DNA of 64,000 nucleotides from the human T2T-CHM13v2.0 reference genome, Homo sapiens, in NCBI RefSeq assembly GCF_009914755.1, contig NC_060932.1; one strand, written 5' to 3'. Within the stretch, counting starts at the first letter, position 1; each line of letters begins with the position of its first letter. Position numbers and translations under genes: made by a program. The notes beneath the pieces were generated by a model. The model did not search any database. It saw nothing but the letters and a program-made list of their open reading frames with translations, and was not told where the DNA came from. Below are positions 26,780 to 38,250 of this stretch, piece after piece.

Positions 26780-28200
26780 CAGTTTTAAACAATATAGTTT
26801 AACTGTGACCCTTTAAAATGTTAGACAATTAAAAACACTCTTTATACATGTTTGTGACCTGATTTTTTCACTAAATACGATATTTTAGATTTTTCCATGT
26901 TGACATATGCAGCTACAGTCTGTTGATTTACATTATTGTGTAGTATTTTTGTATGAACATACCAATTTACTTTTTATATTTTCATTATGGCTTATAGGAG
27001 TTCTTTTCCAACTTTTATACTTCCCTTATTATGCATTTTTGGAAGCAAATATCTTCTTCGATTTGTGGCTTGTCTTTCTAATTTTAATGGTGTCTTTCAA
27101 TTAATAACAGTTCTTAATTTCTCAAAAATTAAAATTTTTCTTTATTGTAGTTTTGTGTCTTTTAAAAGACATTCTTAACCAGAATACACAAACCATTTTT
27201 CAATATTTTAAAGGTGGTTTTCCTTTATAAATTATGTCTTCACTTCACCTGAAATTGATCTTACTTGCAGTATGAGGTAATGTGCCCAGCATCATTTTTT
27301 TTCTCACAGATGCAAAGCTGTTTCAACAATATTTATTGAGAAATTGTTTCTCTATCTATTGATCTGATGTGTTCATATAATGACTGGGTATATTTTAGGT
27401 TTTCTATTTTATTCCTATAGTGCTACTATCTTACTTTTATTCAAGAAAGATATTAGAAGCTCATTATCAATGTCTACAAAACTACCTGAAGGGGTTATTA
27501 TTGTGATTATTTGTTATTATTACTGTTTATTGTTCTTCCAGTCTTTGGTCATGGTATATCTATTAATTGATTGATTTCTTTTCAATTTATTATGTATTAT
27601 AATAATGTATGATTATATGTTATGTAATTAATTTTTTCAGCATATCACATTTGTATGCTATTGTAAATAGTATATGGTATATTTTATTTCACTTTCCAAT
27701 GGAATTTTTCTTATATAAAGTATGTTGATTTTCATTACTTCTACTGTACAGTATAAAACTTGAATAATTATAATTCTTGTTTCATTACCTCTAATCTCTG
27801 CTTGATCCTTTTATTTTTGTTTCTTTATCTTTTTTATCTTATTTTTAATTTTACTTTTAAAATAATGTATATTTATGTCCATCAACAACGGAGCAATAAT
27901 TTTTCATATAGTTAATATGCCTTTTGATATGTGAAAATGTTTATCTCATGTTTATGTCTTCCCATTTGTATTTCACACCTTCCTGCTTGGATCACTCTCC
28001 TCTGCCTAAAGTAGACCCTTTAGAATTCCTCTGGTGAGGTCTGAAGATTTTATTCTTTAATGTTATGTTTTTACCTGAAAATGTGTTTAGTACACACTTG
28101 TTCTTGAAATATATTTTTACAGTGTGTAGGATTCCACCTTGCCATTTAGTCTCTTTAGTAGTTTGAAGATATTGCCTTCCAGATAAGGATGGAGAATGTG
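26780..28200 (-). mobile_element. Fragmented ancient L1ME-class sequence
   Basis: T-rich antisense L1 motifs (CATTATTGTGTAGTATT, TTTAATGGTGTCTTT, CACCTGAAATTGAT, GTATGTTGATTTT); boundaries approximate. Confidence 0.5.
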
Positions 28201-29962
28201 TTTATTGCTGGTTAGACATCATATTGAAAGTATAGACTTTTGGAGTCCAGAGCTTTATGGAAGATGGCTTCCTATAAAACTCCACATCTGAGGCAGTGCC
28301 TAGACACTGTGTTCTACTAAATCAGAGCTCAAAGCTCAAGATTAGCAAGTTCTACAACCACCATCAGAGCGACAGCAGCTTTAGTACTCTGCAGACCACT
28401 GTGTTCAGTCCTGTCCTGTCCTCCCTGTGTTCCAGCTTTCACTGACTCTCAAGCCAGCTCTTTTATGTTCCTGTCAAAATTGCATAAAATATTTTAGCCA
28501 GAATTTTGGGATACTTTTCAGATACAGAATGTCTTAAGTAATCCAGCTAGGCATGTTACTGGAAACAAAATGTTCTAATATTTACAGGTTGCAAATATTA
28601 AAAAATTCTTCCAATATTTAGTACATTTTTATCTACTTTCTGCCAATTAAGACTTGTATTAATATAGTTTTGAACTTGTGTTCTTAAACATTATTCCTCA
28701 GTTTTATTTGTTCCTTGAACAGTAACATGGAATCTATCTGGAATCCCTTTCTTGCTTCATAATTGGGACAGTTTAATTCTTACCTGCAAGTCACAAGCCT
28801 GTCTCGGAGCCCAAGCCTACACCAAAGGGCTAATTAAGCACATCTTGCACAATGCTTTTGCACTTAATCATCCTTTATACTCATTTGGTCCTGATTTTTT
28901 TTCTAATTAATTTTTAATACTAATGGGTTTTACATAAAAAAGATTATTCAGAACATATTTTCAGCATTGTATATCTAAATTACCTATATAATCTGTGATA
29001 TCTTCATATTAATTTAAAATCAAAAGAGTTTATGAGAACTATGGAGGAAAGGAATTTTATGAGAAACCTACAGGGAATAATGCATTTATCACTAATTTAA
29101 CTTAAAACATAGTAATTTAATTACTATTCTTTACATAGATCAGTTTCAAACTAGATCAAGTCTACTTACTTCATTCTGAACATTTCAAGGCCTCAATAAA
29201 ATTATCAGATTTCTTAAAATACCTTAAATCAGGAGAAAAAAAAATCCTTATTTATTCAAGGATGACAGTGTAAATATTTTACAATTTTTTTTTTTTGTCA
29301 AAGAAAAACAAGGATATCTTCAACAGATGCAACTATCACCAGTTAAATATGACGTTGGAGGACTGTTGGAAACAGAACTTCATGATTAATTTGACATGAT
29401 TTTGTGTAATTTAGGTTTCATGCTTTTTATTTCAAGATTATACATTTGAATCAATTTTGCTTGACTATATTGTCCAGTAGCTAACTACTCAAATGGGAAT
29501 GCTTGTGTACTTTTAAATTAAGAGTGTTTAGTGAGAGCAATTTTGAAGACAAAGGTAAACAAAATAGAGTATTAGCTTATCTCTACAGTTCAGTGGTACA
29601 AGTATAAAGATTTTTTTGCAATGTAATTTCTATCAAAGCTTATGTCTTATTAAATTGCTGCACTTTGAGCTTATTTTTTGCAGTATTAAAATTTTATGAA
29701 TAAAACCTAAAAATTACCCTTGATTTATCTTACTTTAATTTCTACAACATGATTCTAACTCCAAAACATATCATTAATTATTAATAAGTTTTTCATCTCC
29801 AATTCCCTGATCCTAACTTAAATTAACATCATATGTCACAAGAAATATTATATTTTCCTAATGATATTGTTTACTTCATTTTTGCTCATACTGCCAACAC
29901 CCCATGCCCTTCTCAGCATAGCAACAGCAAGGTTGACTTAATTTTATTTTGTTGATTGGTGG

Positions 29963-30703
29963 TTTTTTTTTGCAGGGTTAGGCAGAATATGACCTTTATT
30001 TGAGCTTACCCACCACAGTGGAAATACAGTCTGTACACCATATGTTTGTTACTGTAACTTCTGTATCACAATTAAAATCAAAACAGTTTTTAAAAAGTAA
30101 ACCCAATCAAAACCCACTACTTAGGAATCAATAAGGTCTTTGAAGCCACAGCAACAATTAAATATGGTTAAGACCCATACGTAGAAAGATGGTTGGTTGG
30201 AAAATGAATTAAACTTCCAACTTGCTCACATAAAATTACAACAAGGCAAAACTGTTTTTCATAGAGATACAGTCCACTGGAATCACCAACACCAGACAAC
30301 TTTTGTTTTCTAGTCCTGGGATAATAATGAATCCAGACATCTTTTAGACAGTTTTCTGTTTTCTTTCTAATCAGAGATTTATGGATGTATGCAATGACAC
30401 TACCATTAGTAATTGTAATCTTGATAAGATAGTCCAATTCTTCATCACCATGAACAGCAAGTTGCAAGTGACAAAGAGTAATATGCTTTACCTTTAAGCC
30501 TTTGGATGCCCTTCCTACCAGTTCTAGTACCTTTGTGGTGTGTACTCCAGGATGGCTGCATGGTACTCAGTGGCAGTTGTGCCCACATGTCCATGGCTGT
30601 GTTCCTGGATTCAGGCGTTGATGAAGACAGACCAGCAAGAACTGCAAGCACACTCTCTGTTAGTAGGAAACCACCGTTGTCTTGGCCTTTTCTAAGTCCT
30701 TTA
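29963..30703 (-). pseudogene. H2AZ1: Processed pseudogene of histone variant H2A.Z.1 (symbol given is the parent gene)
   Basis: Intronless frameshifted CDS remnant 30344-30703 ([15 protein letters not shown]...HKSLI versus H2A.Z QLAIRGDEELDSLIK...HKSLI); H2A.Z.1-type KAKT and terminal KTV-stop; full H2AZ1-like 3' UTR; AATAAA at 29995-30000 (minus); A-tail remnant 29963-29971. Confidence 0.93.
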
Positions 30704-32319
30704 TCATGCACAACACGATGTTTTAAGGTATAGGTACCTTGTGGAATGACTAAATTGATTTAATTAATATGTGCATTTCCTGACATAGTTATCAGTTTTG
30801 TGGTGAAAGCACTTTACATCCACTGTCTTGGCATTTTTCAAGAACACAATAGATTAACTGTAATCACCATGGTGTACAATATATTTCTAGAACTTACTCC
30901 TCCTATCTAACAGATTTTTCAAATCTTTTGACCAACATCCTCTTCCCACCCAAAATACTCCAGTTTCTGGCAACCACTATTTTGCTCTTTAGTTCTATAC
31001 AATTTTTTTTTTTAGATTCCACATGTGAGTGAGATTATGTAGTATTTGTTTCTTTGTGCTTAGCCTATTTCACAATATTTATATCCTTTTAGTTAATCTT
31101 TATTGTTGCAAATGACAGAATTGTATTCTTTTTATAGCTGAATAGTATTTTATTGTGTATATATATATATATCACATTTCCTTTATGCATTCATCCATGG
31201 ACACTCCAGTTGAGTCCATGTCTTGGCAATTGTGAATAATGCTGCAATAAACATGAGAGTGCAGGTGTCTCTTTGGCATACTGATATTATTTCCTTTGGA
31301 TATATACTCAGTTGTGGAATTGCTGAAACATATGGTAGTCCTATTTCTATTTTTTCTAGGAATCTCCATATTGTGTTCTATAATAGCTGTACTAATTTAC
31401 ATTCCCACCAACATTTTGTGAAAGTTCCCTTTTCTCTACATCCTCACCAATACTTGATGTATTTTATCTTTTTTACAATAGTCATTTTTATTGGGGTGAA
31501 GTAGTTATCTCACAATGCTTTTTATTTGCATTTTTCTGATGATTAGGGATGTTAGACATTTTTTATATACCTGCTGGCTACTGGTATGTCTTCTTTTAAG
31601 AAATGTCTATTCAGGATTTTGCCCATTTTCTAATTGGGTTGCTTTCCTGTTATTAATTTGAGTTTTTAAATATGTATCATATATTAACCCCTTAGATGTA
31701 AAGTTTGCATATATTATTCCACTCTGTAAGTGTCTCTTTACTCTGTAGAGTATTTCCTTTGTTGTGCAGAAACTTTTCAGTTTGATGTAACCCATTTGCC
31801 TATTTTCTCTTTTGTTGCCTGTGCTTTTGGGGTCATATTAAAAAAATTAATTGCTTAGACCAATGTCAAGGAGCTTTTTCCTGTGTTTTCTTCCATCAGT
31901 TCCATAGTTTTTGGATGGAGTCCTTAGGGCTTTCTATGTATAAGTTATGTAATCTTCAAACAGGCAAAATTTAACTTCTTATTTTCCAATGTGGATACCT
32001 TTTATTTCTTCCTCTTGTCTAATTTGTCTGGTTTAAACCAGTACTTATGTTGAAGAGAAGTGGAGACAGTATGTGTGCTGTCCTGCTCAGGATATTACAG
32101 TGAAAACTTTCAACGTTTCCTCATTGAGTATAATGTTAGCTATGGGATTGTTAACACATGGCCTTTATTATGTTCAGGTACATTACTTCTACTCCTAATT
32201 TGTTGAAAGTTTCACAATGAAAGGATGTTGAATTTCATCAAACGCTATCTTAGTTCATTTTCTATTGCTTTCAACAAGAGCTGAAACTGAGTAAGTTATA
32301 AGAAACACAACTTATTTCT

Positions 32320-32628
<309 letters not shown>

Positions 32629-33266
32629 TTATTTCATATGGTTATAGAGGCTGAGAAGTCCACGGTTGAGGGAACCACATCTTATAAGAGCCTTCTTGTT
32701 TGTGGGGACTCTCTACAGAGTCCTGAGCCAGTGCAAGGTGTCACATGGCAATGAAACAGGAAAGGTTCCCTTGTCCCCCCTCGCAGGGCATGCGATGGGG
32801 GTGTGGCTCGCCTTTTCAGTGCCCCCATGCTCAAACCTCTAGGGGAGCACACAGACAGGCAGGCTATGGGGCTCTGACCCCACAGGCAGTGTCTAGGGGT
32901 GAATGTTTACAGCTCCTGAAGCTCCAGTGGGCATGTGTTACAAGGTGTTCTGCTAGTTTGCCATCTATAGGCGGCTTGTGTTAAGCAGCTCAATTATACC
33001 CTCTAACTTGCCACAAGCACAGAGGTCTTTCTGTATCTCAGGGTTTCTTGCCTTGGTGTACCAGAAGAATCGGATCACAAGTGGGCTTGGAGAATAAGTG
33101 CAAAGTTTTATTGAGTGGAAGTAGCTCTCAGCAGATGGGGAAGCCAGAAGGAAGATGGTTTTCCCCTGGAGTTAGCCCGCTAAGTGGCCCCGGCTCTTCT
33201 CCGACTGCTGCAGTCAAACTCTACCTCCTCGGCAGGTGGATGGCCTACCGCTGTTCTGGAGTCTGT

Positions 33267-33327
33267 GGGCGTGCTCTTCCACGGGCGTGCTCTTCCACGG
33301 GCGTGCTCTTCCACGGGCGTGCTCTTC
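33267..33327. repeat. 16-bp minisatellite (GGGCGTGCTCTTCCAC) x3.8, perfect
   Basis: Directly visible; three identical full units plus 13 nt. Confidence 0.95.
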
Positions 33328-33441
33328 TGTTGGCATGCTCCCTCGATGTCCTTCCGCTGTCCAGCCACTTGTGTCTTCTTCCGCTGATGTGCTCCTCTAG
33401 ACATCTGGCCACTTGTATGTCTGCCGGCTAGGGTCTCAGGA

Positions 33442-33750
33442 TTTTTTTTGTTTTTGTTTTTGTTTTTTTGAGATGGAGTCTTGCTGTGTTGCCCAGACTG
33501 GAGTGCAGTGGCATGATCTCGGTTCACTGCAACCTTGGCCTCCGGGGTTCTAGCGATTCTCCTGCCTCACCCTCCTGAGTACCTGGGATTACAGGCAGGC
33601 GCAGCCACACCTGGTTAATGTTTTGTATTTTAGTAAACACGAGGTTTCACCATGTTGGCCAGGATGGTATCCTGATCTCCTGACCTTGTGATCTGCCCGC
33701 CTCCGCTTCACAAAGTGGTGGGAATACAGGTCTGAGCCACCGCACTGGGC
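33442..33750 (-). mobile_element. AluS (Sc-like) within the ERV1 LTR
   Basis: (TTTTTG)n tail, both arms, TSD core GGGTCTCA on both sides. Confidence 0.94.
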
Positions 33751-36299
33751 GGGGTCTCATGTTTTTATAGGCCCAGGATGGGGAGTGGCCAGCCAGTATG
33801 GTCTTGGAAAATGCAACATTTGGGCGTGAAAGCAGTAGCGCCTGTCTTTTCCTAGGTCCCTGCAGGTGGAGCCCTAGCCAGGGATCCACCTCTCTCTACC
33901 TAGCACTTCCCTGTCCCCCTCCCATATCAGTGAGGAGGCTAAGAATGCTAACATAGTTTCTCAGATCTCTCTCTTCTTATAAAGCCCCCAATTCCACTTC
34001 CAGGACAATCCATTAATTCATTAATCCATGAATTCGTTAATCCTTGAATGGATGAATCCATTTATGAGGTCAGAGTCCTCATGATCCAGTCAGTTCTTAA
34101 AGGCCTCACCTTTCAATACTGCCACATCAGGGATTAAGTTTTCAACACATGAAATTTGGGGGACAAATTCAAACCATAGGCAATGATCATATGGTTATTG
34201 ACATTCATTCTGTTAATGTGGTATATTACATTAATTTATTTACATATGTTGAACGAACCTTGCATCTCTAAGATGAATCCTGCTTGATCATGGTGAATGA
34301 TCTTTTAAATGTGCTGATGAATTCAGTTTGCTTGTATTTTGTTGAGGATATTAGCATCTAGGCTCATCAGGGATAATGATGTGTAGTATTATTTTTTTGT
34401 TGTGTCTTGTAGGACCTTGGTATCAGGATAATGTTGGCCTCATAAAATGAGTTTGCCAGCATTCTCTTTTAAAGCATTTTTTGGAAGAGTTTGAGAAGAA
34501 CTGATATTAATTCTTATTTCACCAATTGAGAAAATTCAGTAGTGAAGCCATCAGGTCCTGAGCTTTTCTTTGATGGGAGATTTTTTATTACTAATTCAGT
34601 CTCTTGACTTGTTATTAGTCTATTCAGATTCTACATTTCTTCATAATTCAATCTTGTTTGGTTGTATGTGTCAAAATATTTATCCCTTTCTTCTAGGTTA
34701 TTCAATTGGCTGGCAAATAATTGTAGTCTTCTACAATCCTTTATATTTTTCTTTTACTAGTTGTAATGTCTCCTCCTTCATTTCTGATTATATTTATTTG
34801 AGCCTTCTTTTTTTCCTAGTCTAGTTAAAGAATTGCTGATTTTATTTCTTTTTCCAAGAATCAACTCTTTGTTTTATTGATATTTTCTTTTTTTTTAAAG
34901 TTCCCTTTTTATTTCTACTCTGATTTTTCTTATTTTCTTCCTTCTGCAAATTTTGGGCTTAGTTTGTTCTTTCTTTTCTAATCTTTTGAGGTGCAAAGTT
35001 GGGTAGTTTATTTTATTTAAAATCTTTCTGCTTTTTTTGATGTAGGCATTTATTGCTATAAACTTCCCTTTTAAAGATGCTTTAGCTGTATCCCATAAGT
35101 TTATGTTGTGTTTCCATTTTTGTCTCAAGAAAATGTTTAATACCCTTTTAATTTTTTTAATTGACTTATTGTTTATGAGCATGTAGTTTAATTTCTATGT
35201 ATTTGGGAATTTTCTAAAGTTTCTCCTGTCATTAATTTATAGTTTTATACCATTGTGGTCTAAACAGGTAGTTGATATGATTTTAGCCTTTTAACATTTG
35301 TTAAGACTTTTTTTTTTGGCCTAATATTTAAACTATCCTGGAGAATATTCCATATGCAGTTGAGAACAATGTGTATTTAGCAGCTGTTGCATGAAATGTT
35401 TTGTATATGTCTGCTAGGTCCATTTGATCTAGAGTATAGTTTAAATTCAATGTTTCCTTGTTGATGTTCTGTCTGGATGAACTGTTTCTTCATTAAATGC
35501 AATGTTGAAGTATCCTACTATTATTGTATTGCAGACAATTATTGTATTGCAGTCTATCCCTTCAAAACTATAAATATTTGCTTTTCATACATTAATGCTC
35601 CAAAGTCAGGGGCACATACAGTATATTTACAATTATAATTTCTTAATGAATTGACCCCATTATCAATATATATCAATATTCTCAATCTTTTTTTTTTTTT
35701 TTACTTAAAATTAATTTTACTTGATATAAGTGTAGCTACCACTGTCTGCTTTTGGTTTCCATTTGTATGGAATGTATTTTTCCATCTCTTTTGTTTCATA
35801 TGTGTGGTTTAACAGGTGCAGTGAATATCTTCTAGGTAGCATATATTTCGGATTTGTTTTATTATCGATTTAGCCACTTTATGTCTTTTGATTGGAGAAT
35901 GTAACCATTAACATTCAAGGTAGTTATTGATAGGTAGGGACTTTTTATTTCCATTTTTAAATCGTTTTCTAGTGTTGTGTAAATCCTTTGCTATTTTTTT
36001 GCTGTGTTTATTTGTGGTTAAGAATTTTTTTAGTGGTATATTTTGATTCCTGGCTCTTTGTGTGTGTATATCTACTATAGTTTTTTGTTTTGTGTTTACC
36101 ACGAGGCTTACAGAAAACATCTTACAGTTAAAGCATGTTATTTTAAGTTGATAACAACTTAACTTTTATCACAAAAATAAATTTATTTTTAAGGGTGGCT
36201 TAACTTTTTTACAGGAATCACATTATGACATTCACCTGTATACAAACTCACTATGAATCACATAACACTTTAAATAAAAACAAAACTATATCTGCAATA

Positions 36300-36765
36300 T
36301 CTTATTAGCTCTCACCAAACCTACCACTTTTTTTTCTTCTTCTACCACTTTTCTCTTAGTTTATTCTGTTGTAGCCACACTGACCATTTTGTTTTTTCTT
36401 TTTAGAAAAGTTTCTCAAAACCTTAGTAATTGCTATTTTCCCTTCCTAGGATATACTTCTTTGAAAATTTATCTGATTTGTACCTTTTTTTTTGGTCTTA
36501 GTTCAAATGTCAAGCATAGGCAAAGATGTGGTATTTAATATTACACTCCTCTCCACATTGACCTGTCCCTTTCTGCCAGATTACCTTATTTAAAATATAA
36601 ATGGTTTTATTTGTGAATTTGGATTTATGTTTTATCTATTTTCTTTACTCAATTTTGTAGGCTTTATGAAATTATGGGCTTTACCATTTTGTTGATCTCT
36701 CTTTTCTCCACAATTAGAAAAAAAACTGGCACATAATAGATAGTATTATTGAGTAAATTAATGAG
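36300..36765 (+). mobile_element. L2 3' fragment
   Basis: AGCCACACTGACC...TTCAAATGTCA...CTGGCACATAATAG...TTGAGTAAATTAATGA. Confidence 0.55.
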
Positions 36766-36974
36766 CAGATTGATATTAATTATCACGTTTCTAAAAGACA
36801 AAACTCTAAAGCATAAATAATAGATTAGAAAACTAAGGATTAATAACTTTCTCCAGATTAAATAGAATTAAGTATATAAAAAGTTATTTTAGCTCCTAGC
36901 CCAGGGCTTTTCTGAATGCAGCACATTAATATTTTAAGAATCTGACCACATATTATTTAATTTAATAAATAATT

Positions 36975-38250
36975 ATTTTTGTATAAGGTGAGAGATGAGG
37001 ATCCAGTTTCATTCTCCTACCTGTGGCTTCAATTATCCAAGCACCATTTGTTGAATAGGGTGTCCTTCTCCACTTTATGTTTTTGTTTGGACTCAAATCT
37101 AAGAGCTGAAACTATAAAAATTCTAGAACCAAACATCGGAAAAACACTTTTAGACATTGGCTTAGGCAAAGATTTAATGACCAAGAACCCAAAAGCAAAT
37201 GCAACAAAAATAAAGATAAATAGGTGAGACTTAATTACACTGAAGAGCTTTTGCACAGCAAAAGAAACAGTCGGCAGAATAAACAGACAACCCACAGAAT
37301 GGGAGAAAATCTATACGTCCAACAGAGGATTAATATCCAGAATCTATAACTAACTCAAACAAATTAGCAAGAAAAATGAAACAATACCAACAAAATGTTG
37401 GCTAAGGACATAAATAGGCAATCTCAAAAGGAGATATACAAGTGGTCAACAAACATATGAGAAAATGCTCAACATCACTAACTATCAGGGAAATGCAAAT
37501 CAAAACCAGAATGTGATACTACCTGACTCCCAAAGAATGGCCATATTCAAAATATAATAGATGTTGGTATGGATGCCATTAAAAGAGAACACTTCTACAC
37601 TGCTGGTGAGAATTGTATACTAGTACAACCGCTATGGAAAACAGTGTGGAGATTCCTTAAAGAACTAAAACTAGAACTACCATTTGACCCAGCAATCCCA
37701 CTACTGGGCGTCTACCTTGAGGAAAAGAAGTCATTATATGAAAAAGTTACTTGCACATGCATGTTTATGGCAGCACAATTCACAATCGCAAAAATGTGGA
37801 ACCAGCCCAAATGCCCATCAATCAATAAGTGGATAAAGAAATTGTGATATATATATATATATATGATGGAAAACTACTTAACCATAAAAACAAATGAATT
37901 AATGGCATTTCCAGGAACGTGGGTGGAACTGGAGACTATTTTTTCAAGTGAAGAAACTCAGGAATGGAAAATCAAACATCGTATGTTATCACTCATAAGT
38001 GGGAGCTAAGCTATGAGGATGCAAAAGTGTAAGAATGATACAATGGACTTTGGGAATTCAGGGGCAAAGGATGAGAAGGAGGTGAGGAATAAAAAACTAC
38101 AAATTGGGTTCATTGTATACTGCTTGGGTGATGAATGAACCAAAATCTCACAAATCAACACTAAAGAACTTACTCATGTAACCAAAGACCACCTATTCCC
38201 AAGAAACCTAAGGAAATAAGAATAAATAAATAATAAATAAAAAATAAAAA
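36975..38250 (+). mobile_element. L1PB1-like element with 5' inversion (36975-37088 inverted)
   Basis: Forward ORF2 peptides ([25 protein letters not shown]); the reverse piece encodes KDTLFNKWC; L1PB 3' UTR and A-rich tail. Confidence 0.92.

Larger units (their letters stand above)
32752..33929 (-). mobile_element. ERV1 solo LTR, LTR28/LTR1-group-like, within the MST LTR
   Basis: TG...CA termini, TSD GCAA/GTGA (both derivable from GCGA), minus-strand TATAAAA 33763-33769 and AATAAA near 33107. Exact family uncertain. Confidence 0.8.
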
